Below, piece after piece: positions 9,580 through 19,897 of a stretch of 64,000 bases of DNA. The notes under the pieces are model-generated. The model did no database searches and was not told the origin of the DNA. It saw only the letters and a list, made by a program, of their open reading frames with translations. The number at the start of each line of letters is the position of its first letter. The first letter of the stretch is position 1. The stretch is taken from NCBI GenBank assembly GCA_044227505.1, contig JBGAWP010000004.1:17122-81121 (forward strand), in the 5' to 3' direction. Source of the DNA: Chitinophagales bacterium (GTDB taxonomy: Bacteria; Bacteroidota; Bacteroidia; Chitinophagales; BACL12). The position numbers and the translations under genes are program-made.

Positions 9580-10300
9580 TGAATGTAAAATCAAATGGCT
9601 GATCGAAGGCGATCTTTGAGAATGCGATATTGGCTGTAAAGTCATCTGTGGCGTCTATTAAAATGGTACGTAAGAACGCAAATTGTCTTCCCTCTATTTT
9701 ATCGAACTCATTATAAGTTAGAGTAAGCGTTCTTTTGTTCATTAAATCTTCGATAAACATACGCAGTATATCCACGTCGGGACTAAGCCAAATTGTGTTT
9801 TTATAAACATCCCTTTGCGCAAAGAGTACATATTTGTCGTCACTTATTCCCTGTGTGAGTGTTGTATTGTTATAAAACACAGGATTTCCGCAAATCAGGT
9901 TTTCCAGATCAGAAAAAGTGATGGGAAGAGAAAAATTAGTTTCAATAAAAGAAAAACTTCTTGGGATGTATTGTTGATTTAACCGGTCGAGAATTTTTAT
10001 CGAATCTGGTGTGATCATCACCCTGGCGCCTTCAATTCCTAAAACCCGGAGAGAGATACCGATAACGGAATCTTTTAATATATCGATCTGTGCATTTACA
10101 CTCTGACTGATATTTGGACCTGTGATATCAATATTCGCTTTACCTGAAAAAGTTTTATAGATAATGGTCTTGTCTAAAACTTTGGTATTTAATTCTTCCG
10201 TTGTAGTTTCCTTTATTTTATTGCCGAATATATTTTTAGTGGTCTCACAAGAGAAGAGGGTAAAGGTCGCTAAAATGAAAAGGGAAATAAATTTATTCAT
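9548..10300 (-). CDS. Lipoprotein, DUF4292-like (LolB-like fold family, judged from synteny)
   Basis: Lipobox (TLFSC). It sits between a TPR gene and an M23 gene, an arrangement I recall as conserved in Bacteroidota. The family assignment is from memory, not from a search. Confidence 0.6.
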   Translation of the reverse strand: MNKFISLFILATFTLFSCETTKNIFGNKIKETTTEELNTKVLDKTIIYKTFSGKANIDITGPNISQSVNAQIDILKDSVIGISLRVLGIEGARVMITPDSIKILDRLNQQYIPRSFSFIETNFSLPITFSDLENLICGNPVFYNNTTLTQGISDDKYVLFAQRDVYKNTIWLSPDVDILRMFIEDLMNKRTLTLTYNEFDKIEGRQFAFLRTILIDATDDFTANIAFSKIAFDQPFDFTFNVNPKYERID

Positions 10301-12077
10301 ATAAGGTTTTATCGCTGATCTTTTTATCGATAAGATCGGTTGTCTCGCCGGCGGCTTTTGCCTTTATCCAATATTCCACTGCCTTTTCTTTATCGCCGAG
10401 TTGATATAATATATCCCCATAGTGTTCTAAAACTGTACCACTTTCTTTACCGCCATGTGCAAGTGCTTTTTCCATCCACAATTTCGCATCCTTATATTTC
10501 TTTTGTTTATACAATATCCATGCATAGGTATCTTCCAAGGAAGCATTGTCGGGAATTAATTTTATGGAAGCAGCTGACATTTCAGCCGCACGTTCTAAAT
10601 TTTCGTTGCGCACCGATAAAAAATAAGCATAATTATTCAGCGTAAATGGATTATCGGGATTCAACTGCAAACTATTTTCAAATGCCTTGTCCGATTCCAC
10701 ATAGTTTTTTACATCATTATAAGCATTTCCAAGTTCCGTAAAAATATCAGCTCTTAATTGTGTATTGGAAACGGTAAGAGGCAAACCTCTTTTTAAAGTC
10801 TTGATGGCAGCTTCTGCATCGTTTAAATTATTGAGTGCAACTCCATTAAAATAATAACCAAGGGGTTGATTGGGATATAATTCAATTGCTGAAGTGGTCA
10901 CATATTTTAAAGAGTCAAATTCTCTCAGGTCAGAATAAATGTAAAACATTTTGATCCACACATCATAAATATCGCTTCGTATTTTCAGCGACTTATTATA
11001 TGCAGCAGCAGCATCCCGTAAACTTCCCGAATAAAATAAAAAATCTCCCCGCATGGCAAAAGATTTTGCATCTTCCGGATGCGCTTCCACTAATAATTTG
11101 GTCCAGGTTAGAACAGTATCTTTTAATTTAAAATTGGGTTTGTCGAGTGAATCAACGAATAAAACGAGATAAAATATTTTTGTGTCAATATTTCCAAGTC
11201 CATTTGCAAATGCCTTGTGCATGGTGGTAAAATAGGCATTTTCGTCACCCGCTTTTTTTTGAAAACTCGCTTTGCGGAATTGCAGATCAACATTATTACT
11301 ATCGGTGAGCAACAATTTATCAAAGGTTTGCTGAGCCAGTTCCGGTTGACCTGCGCGTTCGTAATATTCACTTAAGTAGCGGAGATAGCCGGTATTATAG
11401 GGATCTAATTCAATGAGTTTAAGCAATGCATCGATCGCTTTTTCCGGTTGATCGTTCATTGCATACAAACGCTGTAATTCAAACAGAACAGATTCATTTT
11501 CCCCCTCTAAAACCACCAATCTTTGCATGGTTTTTATTGCATCGTCTTTTTTTCCGGCCTTTTCATAACTATATGCCAAACGATAATAAACCTCTTCACT
11601 AAATGCCTGATCCTTCAGAATATTTTCATACACTTCTGCTGCTTTATCAAAAGAGGAGCCATAGGATAAAATATCAGCATATAGGAGTTGATAATAAATA
11701 TTTTTTGGCTCCAATTCCACTGCTTTTCTGATATATTCCTGTGCATCTCCCAACTGACCATATTTAAAATAAATGGTACTCAATTGAAACATACTGGCAG
11801 TGTTATTGGCATCCACTTTTAATATGTCGCCAAATGCATTTACTGCTTTTTCAATATCATCTAAAGCAAGGTATTTACAACCATCAATATATAATCGTTC
11901 GATCTCTGCAGAATCAATTTTTCCTTCGCTTTTTCCGGATATCGCTTTTTGTGTTTGTGATCCTTTAACAGGAGCAGTATTTCCTGTTTGCGTATTTTTA
12001 GTTGAACTACATGCGGATATGGCAAGTAAAAAAACTATAGAAAATAAATGGGAATATTGTTTAATTGTTTTTATCAT
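10293..12077 (-). CDS. Tetratricopeptide-repeat lipoprotein
   Basis: Lipobox (AISAC). Many 34-aa TPR-like units with A..Y....L..DP.N patterns. Confidence 0.85.
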   Translation of the reverse strand: MIKTIKQYSHLFSIVFLLAISACSSTKNTQTGNTAPVKGSQTQKAISGKSEGKIDSAEIERLYIDGCKYLALDDIEKAVNAFGDILKVDANNTASMFQLSTIYFKYGQLGDAQEYIRKAVELEPKNIYYQLLYADILSYGSSFDKAAEVYENILKDQAFSEEVYYRLAYSYEKAGKKDDAIKTMQRLVVLEGENESVLFELQRLYAMNDQPEKAIDALLKLIELDPYNTGYLRYLSEYYERAGQPELAQQTFDKLLLTDSNNVDLQFRKASFQKKAGDENAYFTTMHKAFANGLGNIDTKIFYLVLFVDSLDKPNFKLKDTVLTWTKLLVEAHPEDAKSFAMRGDFLFYSGSLRDAAAAYNKSLKIRSDIYDVWIKMFYIYSDLREFDSLKYVTTSAIELYPNQPLGYYFNGVALNNLNDAEAAIKTLKRGLPLTVSNTQLRADIFTELGNAYNDVKNYVESDKAFENSLQLNPDNPFTLNNYAYFLSVRNENLERAAEMSAASIKLIPDNASLEDTYAWILYKQKKYKDAKLWMEKALAHGGKESGTVLEHYGDILYQLGDKEKAVEYWIKAKAAGETTDLIDKKISDKTLYE

Positions 12078-13078
12078 GCCTGAGTACTGTAATCTCCTAA
12101 ACTCAGATCCTCTGCCTTGCCTTCAACGGATGCAAAACTGCCGATCATAGAATCAGAGATATTTTTTTCTGCAATAGTAACGGAATTTTGGATGATTGAA
12201 TTCCGTATTAACGAATTTTTAACTGTTGAGTTCTTTCCAATGGATACATGTGGACCCACCACAGAATTTTCAATAACGACATTTTCACCAATATAACATG
12301 GAGAAATAATAACGGAATTGATCGTCTTCACCGAATCTGCAACAAGTTTTTCACTGTCTTTTTTTAATTCGAGAATACGTTGATTGGTATAAACGGTAGC
12401 ATCTTTATTTCCGCAATCCAGCCATTCATCCACTTTTCCCGGACTAAACCGATATCCTTTCTGTTTCATGCTCTCCAATGCGTTCGTCAATTGATATTCT
12501 CCTTTTTCCTTAATGTTATTGTCTATCAAATGCTGCATTTCCTTACGCAACAGATCTCCATCCTTCATATAATAAACACCGATGATGGCCAGATCCGAAA
12601 CAAAATGATCAGGTTTTTCAACAAAATTGGTGATGAATCCTTCGTTATTGAGTTCAATTACTCCGAAATTTTTCCAATTATCCACCTTATTTACCCAAAT
12701 AATTCCGTCGTTATTGGTATCTATCTTGATATTGGTTTTGAATAACGTATCTGCAAAGGCAATTATGATATGTCCGCTTATTGTATCGCCGGCACATAAA
12801 ATAGCGTGGGCGGTTCCAAGAGGTTCATCCTGATAACAGATCTTGCCTTTGGCTCCGAGTTCCTCGGCAATTTTAACCAGGCCATCCTCTACTTCTTTTC
12901 CAAAACGACCAACAATAAAGGCTATCTCTTCAATTTTTTCATCGGTAGTTTGCGCAATATCCTCTACTAGTCGCTGTACAATTGCTTTTCCTGCTACAGG
13001 TATCAATGGTTTTGGCACCGTGAGGGTATGTGGTCTCATTCTTTTGCCCATTCCCGCCATTGGAATAATAATATTCAT
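12074..13078 (-). CDS. Sugar-phosphate nucleotidyltransferase with C-terminal left-handed beta-helix repeats
   Basis: N-terminal IIPMAGMGKRMRPHTLTVPKPLIPVAGK motif. C-terminal hexapeptide-like I/V-G-x repeats. Confidence 0.8.
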   Translation of the reverse strand: MNIIIPMAGMGKRMRPHTLTVPKPLIPVAGKAIVQRLVEDIAQTTDEKIEEIAFIVGRFGKEVEDGLVKIAEELGAKGKICYQDEPLGTAHAILCAGDTISGHIIIAFADTLFKTNIKIDTNNDGIIWVNKVDNWKNFGVIELNNEGFITNFVEKPDHFVSDLAIIGVYYMKDGDLLRKEMQHLIDNNIKEKGEYQLTNALESMKQKGYRFSPGKVDEWLDCGNKDATVYTNQRILELKKDSEKLVADSVKTINSVIISPCYIGENVVIENSVVGPHVSIGKNSTVKNSLIRNSIIQNSVTIAEKNISDSMIGSFASVEGKAEDLSLGDYSTQA

Positions 13079-13146
13079 ATTTATCTATTGATTAGGGCTG
13101 CAAAGATAAACTATCAACCGATAGAGGAAAGCATAGAAATCTTATT

Positions 13147-13581
13147 TCAGATGCCGGTATGTCCAAATCCGCCCGCATCGCGGTCTGTGGACGAAAGTTC
13201 CGAGGCATTTTCCCATTGAACCACCTCGTGTTTGGTGATTACCATTTGTGCGATCTTATCGCCGGGATTGATGTAAAAAGGTTGTTTTGAGAGGTTTATC
13301 ATAATTACCTTGATCTCTCCCCGATAATCGGCATCTATTGTACCCGGAGAATTTAGCAATGTTATACCTGAATTTATGGCCAGTCCACTTCGAGGACGTA
13401 TCTGAGCCTCATACCCAATTGGCAACTCGATGAATATTCCGGTAGGCACCAGGCATCTGTCGAGCGGGAGGATCTCCATTTTTTCGGTGATGTCGGCTCT
13501 CAGATCCATTCCGGCAGCATGTAAAGTTGCATATGCAGGATTTGCATTTTGCGACTTATTTATAATTCGAATATTTAACAT
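13147..13581 (-). CDS. dut: dUTP diphosphatase
   Basis: 144 aa with motifs [15 protein letters not shown] and [11 protein letters not shown]. Confidence 0.92.
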   Translation of the reverse strand: MLNIRIINKSQNANPAYATLHAAGMDLRADITEKMEILPLDRCLVPTGIFIELPIGYEAQIRPRSGLAINSGITLLNSPGTIDADYRGEIKVIMINLSKQPFYINPGDKIAQMVITKHEVVQWENASELSSTDRDAGGFGHTGI

Positions 13582-13590
13582 GGTTTAAAT

Positions 13591-15075
13591 TTAATTGGGT
13601 TTTGATCTTACTAATTTACTGATATCGAGCCACCAGGAAAAAATAAAAAACAGGGCTAAAAGAATTACCCTGGTCACCACACAAAGAATATAATTTTCCA
13701 GAGTATTATAAATTCCTAATCCGGCAAGACATAAAAGGATAGAAACGAATAAATAAGCAATTATTTTTCGAAGATTATACGGAACATGATAATGTTTTTG
13801 TCCGATAATTAAACTCATTACCACCATACTGAAATAACAGGATAGGGTTGTCCATGCTGCTCCCGTATATCCCAAAACAGGAATGAGAATAAAATTTAAC
13901 CCGATGGTAATAACTGCTCCAACAAGCGGTATTAATGTTGCGAACACGGTTTTATCGGTAAGTTTATACCAAACACTTTGGTTGTAATAAATTCCCAGAA
14001 ATAAATTTGCCAATAATAAAATAGGTACGATGTGCAATCCTTCATGGTATTCTTCCCCGATAATGATCTTAAAGATATCTGGAAACATTCCCACACCTAA
14101 AAAAATAATGCAGCAAGCGATCACAAAATATTTCATCACATTGGCATAGGTGATCGGCGCATTCTTTTCCAGCGATTGTTTAAAAAAGAAGGGTTCTGCA
14201 CCCATGCGAAATCCTTGTACAGCAAGGGTCATGAAGATGGATATCTTATAAACGGCGCTATAGATACCCACTTGTTTCATATTGTCGGTCAAAGTGCCGG
14301 AACCCCAATATTTTATGAGTACTCTGTCGAGTGTTTCGTTGATCATTCCGGCTAATCCCAGAATAATTAATGGAGCGCCATATCGCATCATTTTTTTCCA
14401 AATATCGAGATCGAATTTAATATGGAAAAGTTCAGGAATAAATAACGAAAAGGTAACAGCACTTGCGATCAAATTCGCAATAAAAACATATAAAATTCCA
14501 TATTCAGGTTGGTAGGTATAACCGAGGCCGGAAAACATGGTAAAATCATTTTTAAGTGCCGGCCATAAGAAAAATAAATTCAATAAAATATTTACAAGGA
14601 TGTTGATGAATTTAAAAGTAAAATATTTCCATGGTCTGTTTTCGAGACGCAATTTTGCGAAGGGAATATTGGTAAGTGTATCAAAACCGATTATAAGTGC
14701 AAAAAAGATAATATAATTATTTCTACCGGCATAATTTAATGCAGTGGCAATATCGCCTGCGGAAATTAGTAGGATTCCTACCATTAAAATTGTGGTGAAA
14801 ATCAGCGAAAGTTGTGCAGAGCCAAATATTTTATTTTTATCGAGCGCATTTGTGTTATTGGAAGCATATCTGAAAAAAGCTGTCTCCAGGCCGAACATGG
14901 CTATCACATTAATAAAAGTAACATAGGCGTACATTTCCGAAATAATTCCATAATCTGCCTGATCAGTAAAAACTCTGGTATGCAGCGGGGCAAGCAGATA
15001 GTTGAGCATGCGCACCAAAATGGTGGTAAAACCATAAATTGCGGTTTGAGTGGCAAGCTGTCGAAGCGGGCGCAT
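13591..15075 (-). CDS. Polysaccharide / lipid-linked oligosaccharide flippase (MOP superfamily, Wzx/MurJ-like)
   Basis: About 12-14 predicted transmembrane helices. The N-terminal LATQTAIYGFTTILVRMLNYLL is typical of the family. Met-13 of the listed ORF was chosen as the start; the alternative start is 15111. Confidence 0.8.
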   Translation of the reverse strand: MRPLRQLATQTAIYGFTTILVRMLNYLLAPLHTRVFTDQADYGIISEMYAYVTFINVIAMFGLETAFFRYASNNTNALDKNKIFGSAQLSLIFTTILMVGILLISAGDIATALNYAGRNNYIIFFALIIGFDTLTNIPFAKLRLENRPWKYFTFKFINILVNILLNLFFLWPALKNDFTMFSGLGYTYQPEYGILYVFIANLIASAVTFSLFIPELFHIKFDLDIWKKMMRYGAPLIILGLAGMINETLDRVLIKYWGSGTLTDNMKQVGIYSAVYKISIFMTLAVQGFRMGAEPFFFKQSLEKNAPITYANVMKYFVIACCIIFLGVGMFPDIFKIIIGEEYHEGLHIVPILLLANLFLGIYYNQSVWYKLTDKTVFATLIPLVGAVITIGLNFILIPVLGYTGAAWTTLSCYFSMVVMSLIIGQKHYHVPYNLRKIIAYLFVSILLCLAGLGIYNTLENYILCVVTRVILLALFFIFSWWLDISKLVRSKPN

Positions 15076-15129
15076 GGTGTAAAGATAAGGTTTGCGCAAT
15101 TTTATTTTCACTGATGCTATTTTTTACCT

Positions 15130-16179
15130 TTGAACTCTAAACGATTTGATTTGCGGTATTTATTGCCTGTTATTATATTATTCCTCTCTTGTAAAAAAGA
15201 AAAAATTACTGTGGTTCCCGCATTTTATTTCTGGCAAAGCGGATTTGATCTGAACGAACAGGAAAAGGAAACGCTGGAAGTGCTCGGAGTGAAAAAATTG
15301 TATATTAAATTTTTTGATGTGGGTTGGGATGATGCTTCAGAGCAACCTGTTCCACTCGCCACTATTTCATTTGAAGATAAGATACCGGAGGCCACAGAAA
15401 TTATTCCCGTTGTTTTTATCACCAATGAAACTTTTGAAAAATTAGGTGTGGAAAATGATACCGCGGTAAAACTTCTGGCCTTTAAGATCGCAAGAAAAAT
15501 TGAATACCTGGTCGAAACGAATGATCTATCCGCGCCAAAAGAAATTCAATTGGATTGTGATTGGAATATATCTACAAGGCATTCTTACTTTTTATTGATA
15601 GAGGCGCTAAAAAATTTTCCCGGATTTAAAGAAATGAAATGGAGTGCAACGATCAGACTGCATCAAATTAAATATTTTGATAAAACCGGAGTTCCTCCTG
15701 TTGACAGAGGTGCACTTATGTTTTATAACATGGGTGATATTGAAGATGTAGGCGCGAAAAATTCTATTTTTGAGGAAATTATCGCACAGCAATACATAGA
15801 GGATATCAATAATTACCCTTTACCACTTGATGTTGCCATTGCATGTTTTAGTTGGGGATTATTGTTTGATGATAATAAATTACTCAAAATATTTTATCCA
15901 TTATATGCGGAAGATATGGCTGATTCATTGTTTATACACACAGATGGAAATAATTATATCGCAAAAAAGAATTTTTATTTCGAAGGTCAGTTCATAGTGG
16001 AAGGAAATACAGTTAAACTGGAAACGCAAACGCCGGAAAACAGTTTAACTGCAGCGCAACTTTTAAAAGAACATTTGAAAAGTGCCGACAGAACTGTAAT
16101 TTTATATCATCTGGATTCCAATATTATAAACCACTACACAAATGAAAACTTCGAAGCTATTTATTCTACTTTTAAGTAG
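15130..16179 (+). CDS. Hypothetical lipoprotein (no family recognised)
   Basis: TTG start, signal peptide and lipobox (ILFLSC). The ORF is long and uninterrupted with coding-like composition. Confidence 0.5.
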   Translation: MNSKRFDLRYLLPVIILFLSCKKEKITVVPAFYFWQSGFDLNEQEKETLEVLGVKKLYIKFFDVGWDDASEQPVPLATISFEDKIPEATEIIPVVFITNETFEKLGVENDTAVKLLAFKIARKIEYLVETNDLSAPKEIQLDCDWNISTRHSYFLLIEALKNFPGFKEMKWSATIRLHQIKYFDKTGVPPVDRGALMFYNMGDIEDVGAKNSIFEEIIAQQYIEDINNYPLPLDVAIACFSWGLLFDDNKLLKIFYPLYAEDMADSLFIHTDGNNYIAKKNFYFEGQFIVEGNTVKLETQTPENSLTAAQLLKEHLKSADRTVILYHLDSNIINHYTNENFEAIYSTFK

Positions 16180-18448
16180 CCTTTTTACCATACTTCCCAT
16201 TAAGATCGCTAATTCCTGTGCCTGGGGTTACGATGAGGACGAATCTATTTTATTGCCTTTCCGACAGGAATTGATCAATTTTCCGGAGTTATATCCATTT
16301 CTTTTTTCCTATCATTATTGGAAGGGTGGCCAAACGGATTGGAGTGAGAAAGGGGAACCTCTTGATGCCAATCTTTTTGAAAGTAAAGGAGCGAATGTGC
16401 TTGACTGGGTAGAATATTTTAAAAATGAAATTTCCTCGGCAGATATAGAGGATGTTGTTTATAATGCAAGTGTATATGATTTCAAGGCTTTTGAAAATTA
16501 TTTGAAGGGAAAAGAAACCTTAGCTGCCAGATGGAATAATAATGGTTTGATAAATTATTGGAAAAATAATTATCCGTCAAAGTCATTTGATTATCTGGTT
16601 TTTGCAAAAGAAGCAGAGCCTTATGTTTCTGAATTGGATTGGTGGAGTGAAGAAATTCGTGACGTGGAACCACTTAAGGAAATTGCCGGCAATGCAGAAA
16701 AATTAGCGAAATCATCGAAGGAGCCTTTTATAAAATTGAGGTATACTTACCAGGCAATGCGGGCGGCCCACTACAGTGCAAACTATGAAAAATGTTTAGC
16801 ACTGTATGATCAATTTATTGGTGATTCAAAAAAAGATCAATCTGTCATCTATTACTGGTGTCTTTCGTTAAGGGCAGGTGCATATTGGCGACTAAATAAA
16901 TTTGCAGAAGCGAGTTATTATAATTCCATTGTATTTGATAAATGTTTGAGCAGAAGATTATACAGCGAACGCGATTTTTGGATTGATAATGAAACAACCT
17001 GGCAGAAATGTCTGGCCATGTGCAAAAATGATCATGAAAGGAATATTTTATGGTTATTAACGGGCATCAATCAAAATAATTCTGCTGTTCCGGCACTGCA
17101 GGAAATGTTGAAATTGGATCCGGGTTCTAAGGAAATCGAAATTTTGTTAGCACGGGAAGTGGAAAAAATACAAAGAAATTATATGCCGGCGCGTTGGAGT
17201 GCTGATTTTGATAATGAAATAAATGCATTTTCTCCCGAATCGAATGATATTGATGCGGTGCTCGAAGTTATACAGCAGGCAATTACGTTAAACAAAATGA
17301 AGACTCCTGCATTTTGGAATAATGCAGCTGCATTTTTATTATATCTGAAAAAAGATTTTGTGAATTGTGAAATTTTTTGCAAAATGGCAAAGAAAAATGC
17401 TAATGATAATTCACTTATGTGGTCACAGGCAAATATTATAAGTATATTAAATAAAGTGGAGGCCCTTGAAAAAATCTCAAAAGAAAATGAAATGATAATT
17501 CAAACTGATCTGGAGTGGTTATCGAATGCTGAAGGAGCATTTTATGATAATAAACTGGATGCAAGAAGATTAGTGATGTATCGTTTAATGAAATATTATC
17601 TCGCCGCCGACAAACCGGTACAGGCAGAAATGTGCAGAGCAAATGCTGTGGAATATTACGATATTTATGAGCAGCCGGAGAAAGCACCGGTTGCAGAATT
17701 GTATAATTATTTCACAAATAAAAACAATTCCGAATTTGATAAATTTCTTGCCGCACAATATCCCTATGATGCTGATGATATGTTGGAAATTAAAGGCACC
17801 TTATTAATGCGTGAGGGGCGATTTAAAGAATCAATAGGTATTTTTTCAGGCATGAAAGATCAGCTGCATCCTAATATGATATTGCCTGCCGATCCGTTTG
17901 TGATACATATTAATGATTGCCACGATTGTGATTATGTGGAATATCCGGGAGACTATACTAAGTTGACACTTTGTCAAAAAATTGTGGAGCTGGAAGGAAA
18001 ATTAAAAAAGGATCCTGAAAATAAAACAGAAATTCAGCATTTATTGGGAAATGCCTACTACAATATGTCGTATTGGGGAAATGCATGGATGGCACTGGAT
18101 TATTATCGCTGTCATGGTTGTGAATTGAGTAAGGTTGATCCAACCGATTCCTATTCCTGGTATTATAACGATATTTATAATATTGACAAGGCGAAATATT
18201 ATTATAAACTTGCTGCTGAAGGTTCAAGAGGGAAAGAGTTTGCCGCGCTTAATTATTTTATGCTTGCAAAATGCGAACAAAACGATTATTACCGCAGCGA
18301 TGATTTTGATTACGAGAATGCTAATGGACTGAAGGAAAATTACAGAACTAATTTTGCAACGATTTTAAATAAATATTCGGAAACTGAATTTTATCAAAAA
18401 GCAATTGGGGAATGTAAATATTTTGACTATTATGTGAACCGACATTAG
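16142..18448 (+). CDS. Hypothetical large lipoprotein, largely alpha-helical/TPR-like (no family recognised)
   Basis: Signal peptide and lipobox (IANSC). 768-aa ORF that overlaps the upstream gene by 38 nt. Confidence 0.55.
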   Translation: MKTSKLFILLLSSLFTILPIKIANSCAWGYDEDESILLPFRQELINFPELYPFLFSYHYWKGGQTDWSEKGEPLDANLFESKGANVLDWVEYFKNEISSADIEDVVYNASVYDFKAFENYLKGKETLAARWNNNGLINYWKNNYPSKSFDYLVFAKEAEPYVSELDWWSEEIRDVEPLKEIAGNAEKLAKSSKEPFIKLRYTYQAMRAAHYSANYEKCLALYDQFIGDSKKDQSVIYYWCLSLRAGAYWRLNKFAEASYYNSIVFDKCLSRRLYSERDFWIDNETTWQKCLAMCKNDHERNILWLLTGINQNNSAVPALQEMLKLDPGSKEIEILLAREVEKIQRNYMPARWSADFDNEINAFSPESNDIDAVLEVIQQAITLNKMKTPAFWNNAAAFLLYLKKDFVNCEIFCKMAKKNANDNSLMWSQANIISILNKVEALEKISKENEMIIQTDLEWLSNAEGAFYDNKLDARRLVMYRLMKYYLAADKPVQAEMCRANAVEYYDIYEQPEKAPVAELYNYFTNKNNSEFDKFLAAQYPYDADDMLEIKGTLLMREGRFKESIGIFSGMKDQLHPNMILPADPFVIHINDCHDCDYVEYPGDYTKLTLCQKIVELEGKLKKDPENKTEIQHLLGNAYYNMSYWGNAWMALDYYRCHGCELSKVDPTDSYSWYYNDIYNIDKAKYYYKLAAEGSRGKEFAALNYFMLAKCEQNDYYRSDDFDYENANGLKENYRTNFATILNKYSETEFYQKAIGECKYFDYYVNRH

Positions 18449-18453
18449 ACCAT

Positions 18454-19053
18454 ATGCGCAAATCCATACACGAAATTCCACCTTATAAACAAAAATTCTG
18501 GACCATCCCGAATGTGCTTTCTTTATATAGACTGCTAATGTTTCCGGTCATCTTATATTTTCTTTTGAAAGAGGAACAAAAAATATTTGTCACTTTACTT
18601 ATAATTAACTTGGTCACTGATATTTTGGATGGATTTATTGCAAGAAATTTTAATCAGCGCACTTTAATTGGTGCAAAATTAGATTCCTGGGCTGATTTTG
18701 GCAGTTATGTATTGGCATTTGGTGGAGTATTCGTGTTTGAATGGAGTTTTGTAGTGGACCATAAGATCGGATTGGGAATATTTTTAATTTTATATATCAT
18801 AAGTGTATCTCTCGCCTTTATTCGATTTGGAAATCTCGTGGGGTTACATTTATTCTCCTCTAAAATAACGGGATATTTACAGGGAATATTTTTAGTTGTA
18901 TTGCTTTCCTCCGTGTATTTGGATTGGTTGTATTATGTAATGATATTTTCCGGTTGTTTTGCTAAAATAGAAGAGATCATTATTTTGTTAAGATTGAAAG
19001 AAAAACGTTCTGATGTTAAAGGTTTATATTGGGTAATAAAAAATAAATGGTGA
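18454..19053 (+). CDS. CDP-alcohol phosphatidyltransferase family protein
   Basis: Family motif D(x2)DG(x2)AR(x8)G(x3)D(x3)D is present as DILDGFIARNFNQRTLIGAKLDSWAD. Polytopic membrane protein. Confidence 0.8.
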   Translation: MRKSIHEIPPYKQKFWTIPNVLSLYRLLMFPVILYFLLKEEQKIFVTLLIINLVTDILDGFIARNFNQRTLIGAKLDSWADFGSYVLAFGGVFVFEWSFVVDHKIGLGIFLILYIISVSLAFIRFGNLVGLHLFSSKITGYLQGIFLVVLLSSVYLDWLYYVMIFSGCFAKIEEIIILLRLKEKRSDVKGLYWVIKNKW

Positions 19054-19784
19054 TACATCCTGTATTTTTTTGGATAGAGGCATTTTTTCTGCTTGGTGCG
19101 GTAGGAACAGTTTTGGCAAACCGTAAATCGACATCCTCAGCAATTAAAGAGAGATGGTTGAAATTAATTATTCATTTTATAATTGTAAATTTATTGCTGT
19201 TACTGATCATTTATTTAAATGAGTTTACAGTGCCGGTAATGCTGTTAATACTTCTAATAGGTTTATTTGAATTGGGAAAATATATAAATAACAAAAAGTT
19301 GCTCTTTTATGCTGTAGCTGTTTTAGTTTATGTAGTTTTTAGTGTTGGATTTCTTCTGATGATAAAAACATTTCCAATTAATGCATTAATTTTTGTTTTT
19401 CTGATCGTTTTTGTTTTTGATGGATTTTCGCAGATAAGCGGTCAACTTTTAGGAAAACATAAATTATTTCCGGATACAAGCCCGGGCAAAACATGGGAAG
19501 GATTTGCAGGAGGTGCACTTTTTGGATTGATAACTGGAATTATGACAAGAAATTGGCTAAATATTGGTATTTCAGAAGCTATATATAGTGTATTTATTTT
19601 GATTCTCGCTGCAACAATGGGTGATTGGCTTGCATCCTTTTACAAAAGAAGGAATTCCATTAAAGATTTCAGTAAATTAATACCGGGTCATGGTGGAGTT
19701 TTAGATAGATTTGATAGTTGGATCACAGCAGGTGGGGTTATTTATATGCTTCATTTACTAAATTTATTTTCTTTTATAAATTAG
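19047..19784 (+). CDS. cdsA: Phosphatidate cytidylyltransferase (CDP-diglyceride synthase) family protein
   Basis: C-terminal CdsA signature SFYKRRNSIKDFSKLIPGHGGVLDRFDS. Polytopic. Overlaps the upstream gene by 7 nt. Confidence 0.78.
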   Translation: MVIHPVFFWIEAFFLLGAVGTVLANRKSTSSAIKERWLKLIIHFIIVNLLLLLIIYLNEFTVPVMLLILLIGLFELGKYINNKKLLFYAVAVLVYVVFSVGFLLMIKTFPINALIFVFLIVFVFDGFSQISGQLLGKHKLFPDTSPGKTWEGFAGGALFGLITGIMTRNWLNIGISEAIYSVFILILAATMGDWLASFYKRRNSIKDFSKLIPGHGGVLDRFDSWITAGGVIYMLHLLNLFSFIN

Positions 19785-19897
19785 AAAATTGTCCATCGAA
19801 ATATCCTCTAAAATTTTGTATTGTTTCGAATAATACTTTAACATTGTATTCTCTTCCATTTCGGCATACACACATTTTAACCTTAAAACTGGCTCTT

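Noticed and set aside
19718-19897. A 60-codon N-terminal extension of the BNR-repeat protein that overlaps cdsA
   Set aside because: The internal ATG at 19898 is followed by a canonical signal peptide. The extension overlaps the upstream gene and has no coding-like features.
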